This document shows, piece by piece, positions 42,869 to 51,051 of a DNA stretch of 51,051 nucleotides. The notes under the pieces were generated by a model that was not told the origin of the DNA, made no database searches, and was given only the letters and a program-made list of their open reading frames with translations. Origin of the DNA: Candidatus Woesearchaeota archaeon (lineage in GTDB: Archaea; Nanobdellota; Nanobdellia; Woesearchaeales; ARS49); the NCBI GenBank assembly GCA_019323555.1, contig JAHWHC010000014.1, positions 1 to 51,051 of the forward strand, written 5' to 3'. The position numbers and the translations under genes were made by a program. Numbering within the stretch: position 1 is the first letter of the stretch; each line of letters begins with the position of its first letter.

Positions 42869-43992
42869 TCAAGACCAGTTTTTATTCCTGGAAAAAAGGT
42901 AAGCTTCCTAAAGGTTGTGCGTATTGTGTAAAAGGAGAGAAATTGGTTCTGTTTGTTACTGGCCTCTGCCCTAACAAGTGTTTTTTTTGCCCTGTTTCTG
43001 AGAAAAAGTGCGGCAAGGATGTGATATACGCAAATGAGTGGAAGATAACATCTCCTAAAGACATAATTGAGGAAGCGAAGCTCACAAAAGCAAAAGGCGC
43101 AGGTATCACTGGAGGGGATCCTTTAGTAAAACTCGATAGAACAGTTAAATACATCAAGCTTCTGAAGAAAAAGTTTGGCAAGAAGTTTCATATTCATTTA
43201 TACACGCCGCTTAATCTCGTCACAAAAGAAAAGCTAAGCAAGCTCCATAAGGCAGGCTTAGATGAGATAAGATTCCACCCTATGCTTGACAAACAAAAGG
43301 AGTGGAAAAAGATTGAGCTGGCAAATAAGTTCAAGTGGGATGTTGGCGTGGAAATTCCTGTGATTCCCGGCAAAAAGAAAGAGACAATAAAATTAATTGA
43401 TTACATAAAAGGGAAAATAGACTTTCTTAACCTCAATGAGCTGGAAATCTCAGACACAAACGTAAACAAGCTTGTTGAAAAAGGCTTTAAGCCTAAGGAC
43501 AAGATTTCTTATGGTGTCAAGGGCTCTGAAAAACTTGCTAAAGAGATTCTAAATCACCTGAAAAAATCAAAATTAAACATACATTATTGCACTACCACAA
43601 CTAAGGACAAGGCGCAGTTAGCCAGGAGAATAAAGAGGCGTGCTCTTAATGTGGCTCTAAAGACAGATTTCATAACTAAAGAAGGAACTCTGGTAAGAGG
43701 CGCAGTATACCTTCCTGAATTAAAGCCAGACTTTGGGTATGGCCTGCAGGTAGAGAGCGTAAACTTAAGCAAGTTCATTAAGAAACTAAAGATTGCTAAG
43801 ACTAAACTGCAAAAACAGTTAGGTATTCCCGCGAATGTTCTTCAGATAGATGAGCTTAAGCCAAGGATTCTTACATCTATTGCAATAGTTGATGAATTAA
43901 AACAAGAAATAAAGAAATTAAAGCTAGTGCCTGCAATCATCGAAGAGTATCCCACTTGGGATGCTCTTGAAGTCGATGTGCAGTTTCTTTAA
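42865..43992 (+). CDS. Radical SAM protein
   Basis: CxxxCxxC cluster GLCPNKCFFCPV and ITGGDPL. ATGA overlap with tatD. Confidence 0.7.
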   Translation: MIKTSFYSWKKGKLPKGCAYCVKGEKLVLFVTGLCPNKCFFCPVSEKKCGKDVIYANEWKITSPKDIIEEAKLTKAKGAGITGGDPLVKLDRTVKYIKLLKKKFGKKFHIHLYTPLNLVTKEKLSKLHKAGLDEIRFHPMLDKQKEWKKIELANKFKWDVGVEIPVIPGKKKETIKLIDYIKGKIDFLNLNELEISDTNVNKLVEKGFKPKDKISYGVKGSEKLAKEILNHLKKSKLNIHYCTTTTKDKAQLARRIKRRALNVALKTDFITKEGTLVRGAVYLPELKPDFGYGLQVESVNLSKFIKKLKIAKTKLQKQLGIPANVLQIDELKPRILTSIAIVDELKQEIKKLKLVPAIIEEYPTWDALEVDVQFL

Positions 43993-44007
43993 AGGGTGGT
44001 TGGAGGC

Positions 44008-44032
44008 AAGAGGGGAGGTGACCCTCTTTTTT
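44008..44032. terminator. GC hairpin plus T6 between convergent genes
   Basis: aaGAGGG-gaggtga-CCCTCtt followed by tttt (T-run 44027-44032), between the radical SAM stop and the surface protein stop. Confidence 0.5.
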
Positions 44033-44050
44033 GCCCCCCACGATTTCCAG

Positions 44051-45799
44051 CTAAAAGCTGAACATGCTTTTGAAAAATCCCATGATCTTTTCTAGGATTC
44101 CTTTTTGTTCCTCTAGTTCTCTCTGGATTCCTTTTATCTGCTCAGACATGCTCTGGCAAACTCCGTCGCTGCAGGTGTTGCTCAGGCATTCATAGTTGTT
44201 CATGCAGGTCTTGCCATTCTCTAATTGCGGCTTGAATGCATGGTCTATGTCGCAGTATACCGGAGCGTCTCCTTCAAGGAATCTTATTCCTATTTGCATG
44301 CATGCTCCGTTTTTCCTGCATCCTGGGCAGTCTTCATCTCTGTCTTCAACAACAGGAGGTTCTTTTCGTGCTCTGTCGCCAAAGCAGCTTTTGTGCATCT
44401 CTTCATATTTTCTCATGAAGCTTTCTGGAATTGGCAATCCTTTGTTGTCATATTTTTCAACAAGTTCTCTCTTGAATCGCTCTATGTCTTTCTGGCACTC
44501 GGGTATATCTCTCACTAGTTCTGGTTCAACTCTATCTTCCGGTTGTTCCTCTGGTTGAGGCATTGTGCCTTCACTAAAAGTAATCCATTGCCTGGTGCCT
44601 TTCAGTTTTTGAAAAGTCAATGCTCTTGCCATTTGTCTTGTCTCTAGTCTTGAGTATCCAAAGACAAGCATGTGTGCATACCCATTATAATCAAATAAGT
44701 ATACTACTGCTTGTCCTGGTTTCAAGCCATATGAACAGTCAAAGTCATAATCACTGATTCCATTTGCGCGCAGTATCTGTGCAGTTACTGCATTGTCACA
44801 TGGCCTTCCCACGCTTATGATGTTTCTGTTGTAATTGCTTATTTCGCTTGCTAGCATTGCTCCCCCTGTTTTGCTTACCCCATATTTCTGGAATGATACA
44901 GAGATATCAATTGCTGCGATTACATCATCTGCAGGTGCCTGGTCTCCCACCACAAAGTTGCCGTTTAAGCTTCTTCCCTTGATAAATAGTTCTGGATAAT
45001 TGGATAGGTCTATTTTTGATTCTGGCTGGCTTGTTTCTGGCGGTATTATTTTCTGTCCAGTTATCATGCAAAAAGTGATATCATCTGATCCCATGTCTAC
45101 TACGTTTATTTTCAGTCCGTCCGCCATTGTTTGTTTAGTTCCTATGTATAGCCAATCAGTATATTCGCCGTTTACATTTAGCTTGAAATTACCTTGGAAT
45201 TTTTCTGCTTTTATTTCATACTCTGTTCTTTCCACAATGTATGTTGCTCTTTCTCCTGCATTTAACGTTGCTTTTTGTCCAGCACAGGCATAGTTTTGCC
45301 TTGGAGCATCTCCAGTAACAGTATATTTGATTAAGTACTTGGAATAGGCGTCTCGTAAGGTATTGTCCTGGCCGCAGGTGCTTTGGTTTCTGCTGCAGTA
45401 AAGAATGAAAAGAGTGTAGTATGTGCCAGGTTCTTGCGGAACATTAACGTTCGCAATCCAGTAAGGGCTCACGAACTGCGCATTATATTCCTTGACAATA
45501 TTAATAGGGATGTAGTCTCCAGGCACTCCTGCGCCGAAGTACATTTGGTCTTCAGTATAGTCTGTTGCCTCAAAGGTGTAAAACTGGATGTGGAAGCCTT
45601 CGTCGTATGAGGCAACGCCATCTGCAAAATTCTCTGTTGCTTTTAACTTAAACTGTACTTGTTGTCCTGGTGAATACTGCTCTGCTGGTTCAGGTGAAAT
45701 TCCTACAATATTAATCTCTTTGGTCTCTTCTGCTGCCACACCAACAGCAAGCAGCAACAAAACAATCATGAATCCAATAATTTTTTTCATATTTTTCAT
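44051..45799 (-). CDS. Large secreted/surface protein with Cys-rich C-terminal region, unknown function
   Basis: Signal peptide MKNMKKIIGFMIVLLLLAVGVAAEE, SD taggagg, and multiple Cys pairs in the last 150 aa (CPGCRKNGAC...CMNNYECLSNTCSDGVC). Confidence 0.7.
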   Translation of the reverse strand: MKNMKKIIGFMIVLLLLAVGVAAEETKEINIVGISPEPAEQYSPGQQVQFKLKATENFADGVASYDEGFHIQFYTFEATDYTEDQMYFGAGVPGDYIPINIVKEYNAQFVSPYWIANVNVPQEPGTYYTLFILYCSRNQSTCGQDNTLRDAYSKYLIKYTVTGDAPRQNYACAGQKATLNAGERATYIVERTEYEIKAEKFQGNFKLNVNGEYTDWLYIGTKQTMADGLKINVVDMGSDDITFCMITGQKIIPPETSQPESKIDLSNYPELFIKGRSLNGNFVVGDQAPADDVIAAIDISVSFQKYGVSKTGGAMLASEISNYNRNIISVGRPCDNAVTAQILRANGISDYDFDCSYGLKPGQAVVYLFDYNGYAHMLVFGYSRLETRQMARALTFQKLKGTRQWITFSEGTMPQPEEQPEDRVEPELVRDIPECQKDIERFKRELVEKYDNKGLPIPESFMRKYEEMHKSCFGDRARKEPPVVEDRDEDCPGCRKNGACMQIGIRFLEGDAPVYCDIDHAFKPQLENGKTCMNNYECLSNTCSDGVCQSMSEQIKGIQRELEEQKGILEKIMGFFKSMFSF

Positions 45800-45922
45800 C
45801 CTCCTACTGGTTAATGTAGTGTCTAAAGTGTGGGCAAATATATATTGTTTAACTGGAACAATATCAGAAATAAGCTTGTTTAGGCTTCCTTTTGGCCATT
45901 TAAACTTTATTTAATGCCCAAT

Positions 45923-46831
45923 TCACTCTTTTCCAAGAAACCAGTCTGTTAGTTTGATTTTAATGGCTTTTCCTTCTTTTCGTACTTGAAGTATGTTTTT
46001 GTCTTCCAGACCCTTGATTATTCTTGCTAGTGATGTTCTTGGTATACCTGTGTTATGCCTTATCTGTGCCTGTAGTGCTTTTCCTTTGTTTAGTTCTAAG
46101 AAGTTCACAATCTCTTTCTCTTTCTTGTTTAAGGTTGGCAGTACGTCTTTGCTCTTTGTTTCTTTTTTTTCTGATTTTGGTTTTGTCTTTTTTCTTGTAA
46201 CTAGGTATATTATGATTGCTGCTACTGCAATTATTGCAATGATTAACACTCCAACTCCTGCATATGTTTTTGTTGGAAAAGATACAATTGTCTTGTCTAG
46301 TTGTATTTCAATGTCTCTTAGTTCTCCTTGCTCTAGTATTGCCTCTTGGAATCCTAGTGCATCTTCATAGCTTGCATAGATCTTGCATTTTCCTGCTGGC
46401 GTGATTGTTGAGAATGTTCCAAACCTGTCTGTGGTTGCGGGGTGGTTTATCTTTGGCAGAGGTTTGCATGCAAATTTAAGATCAGCATAGCTTACTACGT
46501 TGTCCAGGCGATCTTTCACTATTCCCCGCACAGAAGCAATAGGGAAAAGAAGTATCTCTTCCTCATTTTCATAAATGATTGATCCATAATAATCTTTTCC
46601 AGCAGTATTCAGGTTATCTGCTGTGAATTCTGCGTTTTGTCCAGGTTCTATGTTCAAGTTTATCTTTCCAGCAGAATCTGCTTGTTTTACAAACTCCTGA
46701 TCATTTAGATTGATAGAAATAATCTTGGCTGCAATTGGTATTCCTGTCTCACTATCCTTGAAACTTAGTTCTGCTGCTTGTGCAGTTACTGACAGCAATA
46801 CTAGCATTAAGATTAACCAAATAAACTTCAT
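45923..46831 (-). CDS. Single-pass membrane protein: extracellular carboxypeptidase-regulatory-like domain, TM helix, cytoplasmic C-terminal winged-helix DNA-binding domain
   Basis: Signal peptide MKFIWLILMLVLLSVTAQA, beta-rich ectodomain, TM GVGVLIIAIIAVAAIIIYLV, Lys-rich linker, then EKEIVNFLELNKGKALQAQIRHNTGIPRTSLARIIKGLEDKNILQVRKEGKAIKIKL (MarR/ArsR-like wHTH). Confidence 0.65.
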   Translation of the reverse strand: MKFIWLILMLVLLSVTAQAAELSFKDSETGIPIAAKIISINLNDQEFVKQADSAGKINLNIEPGQNAEFTADNLNTAGKDYYGSIIYENEEEILLFPIASVRGIVKDRLDNVVSYADLKFACKPLPKINHPATTDRFGTFSTITPAGKCKIYASYEDALGFQEAILEQGELRDIEIQLDKTIVSFPTKTYAGVGVLIIAIIAVAAIIIYLVTRKKTKPKSEKKETKSKDVLPTLNKKEKEIVNFLELNKGKALQAQIRHNTGIPRTSLARIIKGLEDKNILQVRKEGKAIKIKLTDWFLGKE

Positions 46832-46912
46832 GCAGTTTTATATAATGCACGTAGTATTTAAATGTGCTGGACCCAAATCTATTTAAACCACGTTCTTTTT
46901 GTATTATACAAG

Positions 46913-47347
46913 ATGTGGCGTAGTATGAGTGAAGAGGGATTTTTGCTTCCAAAGGATGCTGTAGCAGGCGGAAGAATAGCTAATGCTTGCGCAGGTTTAG
47001 AAGAATATAGAAAGCATGGCAAGTATGGTTCCTTGGTATTTGATCATGCAGCAGGCATTCATGATGCAATCCGTTTTCTGGAAAACGCGCAGTCTGGCTT
47101 GTTTACTAATGTAGATGATGATAATTTTCGTTATGCTCACATTGTTTGGGAATTGGCAGGCGCAGCAGAATCTGCAGGCGGTCTTGATTTGCTGTTGAGC
47201 AAGCACATTTCTGTTCTTGAGCAGGTTAAAAGAAACGAAACTCCTGACCCAGCAGACTTTTCTGATGTAAAAGCATTTTTGTACAAGCTTGCCTGCACAC
47301 TTACAGATTTGCCAAGCATTTATCCTGGCACTGTTAAGCCTGATTAA
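46913..47347 (+). CDS. Hypothetical helical protein
   Basis: ORF MWRSMSEEGFLLPKD.... The start is set at ATG 46913, downstream of the TATA-like atttaaa elements at 46853-46888. Confidence 0.5.
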   Translation: MWRSMSEEGFLLPKDAVAGGRIANACAGLEEYRKHGKYGSLVFDHAAGIHDAIRFLENAQSGLFTNVDDDNFRYAHIVWELAGAAESAGGLDLLLSKHISVLEQVKRNETPDPADFSDVKAFLYKLACTLTDLPSIYPGTVKPD

Positions 47348-47386
47348 AGAGAAAAATATTTATACTCTGTTTCTAATATTCTGTAT

Positions 47387-47671
47387 ATGAAGATAACTAT
47401 CGATACTTCGCAAGATTCTCATAATGATATTCGCAAGGCCATTAGAATGTTGCAGAGTATTGTGGGAGAGGGTCCTGTTTACTCTAATAGTCCTTCTAGG
47501 AATATTTTTGATGATCCTTCCCCTGGTTTAGGAGCCAGTGAGCCAGAGCCAGTTGCAGAGCAGGACACAGGCAATGCGTTTGCTAGTATTTTTGACAATT
47601 CTGCCCCTGCTTCAGAAACAGAAGAGAAAAAAGAAGAAGACGAGGATATTCCTGAGATTCAGTTTTACTAA
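47387..47671 (+). CDS. Small protein with short folded N-terminus and acidic disordered tail
   Basis: 94 aa. The TATA atatttatac (47356-47365) is centred 26 nt upstream. Sequence: MKITIDTSQDSHNDIRKAIRMLQSIVG...ETEEKKEEDEDIPEIQFY. Confidence 0.55.
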   Translation: MKITIDTSQDSHNDIRKAIRMLQSIVGEGPVYSNSPSRNIFDDPSPGLGASEPEPVAEQDTGNAFASIFDNSAPASETEEKKEEDEDIPEIQFY

Positions 47672-47672
47672 A

Positions 47673-48083
47673 ATGAAAAAGTTTGATATTCTTGAGCACA
47701 CTGCTGATGGAAAGTTTCGCGCCTATGGCAAGAATCTGGAGGAGCAGTTTGGCAATGCAGTTCTGGCTATGTTTTCTTTTATGTTTGATTTAGATAAAGT
47801 AAAGGCAAAGATAAAGAAAAAGATTCATCTCAAAGGCAAAGATGAAAAAGCCTTATTGTACAATTGGTTAGAAGAATTCTTGGCCCTATTAGATATAGAT
47901 GCCTTCATTCCTAAGAAGGTCGAAGAAATAAAAATCAAGAAGACCGCAGATGGTTTTGAAATCAATGCAATAATTCTGGGAGATTCTGTTGGAGAACACG
48001 ACCACATCGGCTCTGTAAAAGCAATGACTTATGCAGAGATGGAGATAACTCCCGAATATGTGCAGGTTGTTGTGGATTTGTAG
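47673..48083 (+). CDS. Archease (RtcB activator)
   Basis: MKKFDILEHTADGKFRAYG signature and a C-terminal VKAMTYAEMEI. The start is set at ATG 47673. Confidence 0.8.
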   Translation: MKKFDILEHTADGKFRAYGKNLEEQFGNAVLAMFSFMFDLDKVKAKIKKKIHLKGKDEKALLYNWLEEFLALLDIDAFIPKKVEEIKIKKTADGFEINAIILGDSVGEHDHIGSVKAMTYAEMEITPEYVQVVVDL

Positions 48084-48123
48084 AACATGAAATTTTAAAT
48101 ATCGCGGTTATTTCTTTTGCTTT

Positions 48124-48516
48124 ATGATCAATATAGATATAAGGGGAAAAACATACTTGCTAATTCCTGCAGACGGGTCTCATGATGTACGCAAGATTGT
48201 TGATAGAATTGAGGGTGGCCAGGCTTTAGCAGAGTCTGTTCGGGTTTTTGCACTGAGGCAAGTTGCAGAGGGCGCGTCTGGCGAAGGTAAAGGATTAGCT
48301 AAGTTGGAATATGCTTTTTTATATAGGAATACTGCAGGTAGGGCACAACCACATATTAACGTTGCGCCATGCAGCATGGATGTGAGATTGCAGGGACTGT
48401 TGAATTATGCGCCAGCTAATTTTCAGTCTGTTGATAGTCTTTTAATCGATGATGGTCAGGCAATTCTGTTGGAAAAACAGGCAGTTGAAGACTTGGTTCG
48501 TAAGTATTTTTTGTAG
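48124..48516 (+). CDS. Hypothetical protein inserted between archease and rtcB
   Basis: 130-aa ORF. The TATA attttaaatat (48092-48102) is centred 27 nt upstream. No recognisable motif. Confidence 0.5.
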   Translation: MINIDIRGKTYLLIPADGSHDVRKIVDRIEGGQALAESVRVFALRQVAEGASGEGKGLAKLEYAFLYRNTAGRAQPHINVAPCSMDVRLQGLLNYAPANFQSVDSLLIDDGQAILLEKQAVEDLVRKYFL

Positions 48517-48551
48517 AAAGATTTTTAAAGTGTTCTACACGAGAGATATGT

Positions 48552-49985
48552 ATGGGGGATGAAATAGCACTTAAGAAGAAAGATAAGAATATTTGGGAGA
48601 TTCCTAAGTCTGGCAAGATGTTGGTCCCTGCTTTTATTTATGCTTCTGAGGCTTTGATTGAGAAAATAAAACAAGACAAGACTCTAGAGCAGGCTAGAAA
48701 TGTTGCTCATCTTAAAGGAATCCAGAAGGCTTCTTATGTTATGCCTGATGCGCATCAGGGTTATGGTTTTCCTATTGGTGGTGTTGCTGCTTTTGATATG
48801 GATGAAGGAATAATATCTCCTGGAGGAGTTGGTTATGATATCAATTGTGGTGTAAGATTACTAAGAACCAACTGGTCTGCAGAAGAGGTTGACAAGAAAC
48901 GTCAGGAATTGCTTGATATGATGTATACAGAGATTCCTGCAGGTGTTGGTAAAGGCGGAATCACTAAGCTCGCTAAATCAGAATTAATGGAAGTCTTGAA
49001 AAACGGTGCAGAATGGGCCCTGAAGAATGGTTATGGCACTAAGGAGGATTTGCAGAGAACAGAGGAGTATGGCAAGATGCCTGGTGCAGATCCAAGCAAG
49101 TGTTCTACAAGAGCCCTGGCAAGGGGCCTTCCGCAGTTAGGTACATTGGGTGCAGGCAATCATTTCTTGGAGATTCAGAAAGTTGACCAGATTTATGATG
49201 CAAAAATTGCCAAGACTTTTGGTATTGATAAGCAGGGGCAGATTTTGTTGATGATTCACTGTGGCTCCAGGGGTTTTGGTCATCAAGTAGCTTCTGATTA
49301 CATAAGATTGATGGAAGACAAGTATGGGCATGCGCATTTGCCGGACAGGGAATTAATAAACGCCCCGATAAATTCAGATATGGGGCAGGATTATTACAAG
49401 GCTATGTCTTCTGCTATTAATTTTGCTTTTGCTAACAGGCAGATGATTGCTCACTGGACTCGTGATGTTTTCAAGAAAGTAATGGGCACTTCTGATGGTA
49501 TGGATATGATTTATGATGTCTGTCATAATATTGCTAAGTTTGAGGAGCATGCGGTTGATGGTAAAAAGAAAGAGTTGTGCATTCATAGGAAGGGTGCAAC
49601 TAGGTCTTTTGGTCCTGGAAGAAAAGAGGTTCCAGAAATATATCGTAAAGTTGGCCAGCCTGTTCTTATTCCTGGTTCTATGGGTACTGCCTCTTATGTT
49701 ATGGTTGGCACAAAAAAGGCAGAGGAGATTTCCTGGGGCTCTACTGCGCATGGTGCTGGTCGTGTCGCTTCAAGAGCTTGGGCCCTGAAGCATTATAGGG
49801 GCGAGGAAGTCAAGAAGCACATGGAAGAGATGAATATCAAGGTCAAGGCAGGTTCTTGGAAAGGGCTTGCAGAAGAGTGTCACAAGGTTTATAAAGACAT
49901 AGATGAAGTAGCTAGAGTAAGTACTGAATTGGGCATTGGCAACAAGGTTGCCAGATTAATACCATACGGGGTGATCAAAGGATGA
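48552..49985 (+). CDS. rtcB: RNA 3'-phosphate ligase RtcB (tRNA-splicing ligase)
   Basis: MPDAHQGYGFPIGGV, GGVGYDINCGVR, GAGNHFLEIQ, HCGSRGFGHQ, GSMGTASY and HGAGR. Confidence 0.9.
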   Translation: MGDEIALKKKDKNIWEIPKSGKMLVPAFIYASEALIEKIKQDKTLEQARNVAHLKGIQKASYVMPDAHQGYGFPIGGVAAFDMDEGIISPGGVGYDINCGVRLLRTNWSAEEVDKKRQELLDMMYTEIPAGVGKGGITKLAKSELMEVLKNGAEWALKNGYGTKEDLQRTEEYGKMPGADPSKCSTRALARGLPQLGTLGAGNHFLEIQKVDQIYDAKIAKTFGIDKQGQILLMIHCGSRGFGHQVASDYIRLMEDKYGHAHLPDRELINAPINSDMGQDYYKAMSSAINFAFANRQMIAHWTRDVFKKVMGTSDGMDMIYDVCHNIAKFEEHAVDGKKKELCIHRKGATRSFGPGRKEVPEIYRKVGQPVLIPGSMGTASYVMVGTKKAEEISWGSTAHGAGRVASRAWALKHYRGEEVKKHMEEMNIKVKAGSWKGLAEECHKVYKDIDEVARVSTELGIGNKVARLIPYGVIKG

Positions 49986-50962
49986 GTTTAATATTAGCAG
50001 GAAGAATTGGTGGTTCAAAAACAAAGTTAGCTATTTTTAATTATGCAAATGGGACTTTTAAGATGATGGTTGCTGAGGAGTATGCCACCCCGCGTTTCAA
50101 GGATTTTTATGCCATGCTTAAGAATTTCTTGGCAGTTGCAAAGGCAACGCCAAGTGCTGCTTGTTTTGCAGCTGCAGGTCCTTGCCACGATAATGTCTGC
50201 AAGATGACTAATCTTCCTTGGTCAATTGATGCTGCAAAAATAAATAAGTTGTTTGGCATAAAGAAAGTTACTGTTATCAATGATTATGAGGGTATTGCTT
50301 TTGGTATTGAGGTTTTGAAAAAATCAGACCTGAAGCAGATTAAGCCAGGCAAGCCTATCAAGTTTAGTTCAAAGGCGGTTCTTGGTGCTAGCACAGGTTT
50401 GGGAGAGTCTATTATTGCTTGGCTTGGACATGATGATTTTGTGCTTCCTTCTGAAGGAGGTCATGTAGATTTTGCTGCAAGAAACGAGCTTGAATGGGAT
50501 TTGAAGAAGTTTATCAAGCGCAAGACTGGCCGTGTGGATAGTGAGTCTTTTGTATCAAAAAAAGGGCTTCATGTCATTTATCAGTTCTTGACTCAAACTG
50601 GACATTTCAAGGAGTCTGATAAGATAAAGGCGCTCTTCAAGAAAAAAGAGCCGTATCTTGTTATTGCTGAGGAGGCTCTTAACGGAAGAGATCCTGCCTG
50701 TAAAAAAGCTGTTGATATGTTCACGTCTTTTTATGCTTCTGAAGCAGGTAATTTGGCTCTTACTGCCAAGGCAAATGGCGGTGTTTTTTTGGTCGGTAGT
50801 TTATCTAGGCTTCTTGCTAGGAAGTTGAAATCACCGATTTTCAAGAAGTCTTTTGAGGATAAGTCAAAGATGGTGCCTTTGCTGAAAAACATTCCTGTTT
50901 ATGTTGTCATGAATGAGGATGTTGCTTTGTTAGGAGCAGCTAATTTGGCTTCAAAGCTTTAG
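49982..50962 (+). CDS. glk: Glucokinase (bacterial Glk type)
   Basis: LAGRIGGSKTKLAIF N-terminal ATP-binding motif and GLGESI..PSEGGH. ATGA overlap with rtcB. Confidence 0.7.
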   Translation: MSLILAGRIGGSKTKLAIFNYANGTFKMMVAEEYATPRFKDFYAMLKNFLAVAKATPSAACFAAAGPCHDNVCKMTNLPWSIDAAKINKLFGIKKVTVINDYEGIAFGIEVLKKSDLKQIKPGKPIKFSSKAVLGASTGLGESIIAWLGHDDFVLPSEGGHVDFAARNELEWDLKKFIKRKTGRVDSESFVSKKGLHVIYQFLTQTGHFKESDKIKALFKKKEPYLVIAEEALNGRDPACKKAVDMFTSFYASEAGNLALTAKANGGVFLVGSLSRLLARKLKSPIFKKSFEDKSKMVPLLKNIPVYVVMNEDVALLGAANLASKL

Positions 50963-51051
50963 ATTTCTATTATTTTTCCTTTTTTTCCGACATTTACTAC
51001 TTTGGTATTTCCTATTTTTTCTTCTATGCCTTCTGCTTCGTGTACGTGTCC
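50959..51051 (-). CDS. C-terminal fragment of a gene entering from the right edge (possibly a metallophosphoesterase)
   Basis: The minus-strand frame reads ...GHVHEAEGIEEKIGNTKVVNVGKKGKIIEI*. Its TAA (50959-50961) overlaps the glk TAG. GHVH followed by VVNVG resembles the GHTH..NPGS end of YfcE-like phosphoesterases. Confidence 0.35.
   Translation of the reverse strand, partial: GHVHEAEGIEEKIGNTKVVNVGKKGKIIEI

Noticed and set aside
1-51051. CRISPR arrays, rRNA genes, IS elements, prophage or defence islands.
   Set aside because: - No regularly spaced direct repeats were seen.
- There are no rRNA-like conserved blocks.
- There are no transposase, integrase, restriction or Cas-like ORFs.
- The only tandem repeats seen are the in-gene 120-nt duplication and an 11-nt doublet.

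Overview
This is a densely packed, AT-rich chromosomal segment of about 60 genes from an archaeon, with no rRNA, CRISPR array, transposase or integrase visible. All product names below come from motif recognition by eye; no homology search was run.

Evidence for an archaeal origin:
- Marker genes: GatD/GatE, deoxyhypusine synthase, Cdc48, HerA-Mre11, FlaI/FlaJ-type pilus genes, and RtcB plus archease.
- Two tRNAs with 14-nt bulge-helix-bulge introns at position 37/38.
- BRE/TATA boxes centred about 26-27 nt upstream of many start codons, implying leaderless mRNAs.

Several genes are of bacterial type: a bacterial AspRS lacking the GAD insertion, Adk with a zinc lid, Glk and GGDEF proteins. Together with frequent ATGA/TAATG gene overlaps, this suggests a small-genome uncultured (DPANN-like) lineage. 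That assignment is inference.

Most notable regions:
1. 21.4-25.2 kb: a candidate cyclic-dinucleotide module, unusual for Archaea. It holds a catalytically intact GGDEF cyclase (GGEEF plus RxxD I-site), a degenerate GGDEF-fold protein, a DHH/DHHA1 phosphoesterase, a small Cys-rich membrane protein, and a 535-bp gene-free GC-rich hairpin-rich interval (unclassified RNA or leader).
2. 26.4-28.1 kb: three tandem divergent paralogs of an unrecognised soluble family.
3. 4.8-6.6 kb: three tandem paralogous membrane proteins beside a pilin-less FlaI/FlaJ locus.
4. 17.1-17.8 kb: lysine-rich small proteins, one with a perfect 40-aa tandem repeat.
5. cdc48: a single frame interrupted by one in-frame TAA.
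6. tRNA-Arg ending 7 nt before the truD start codon.
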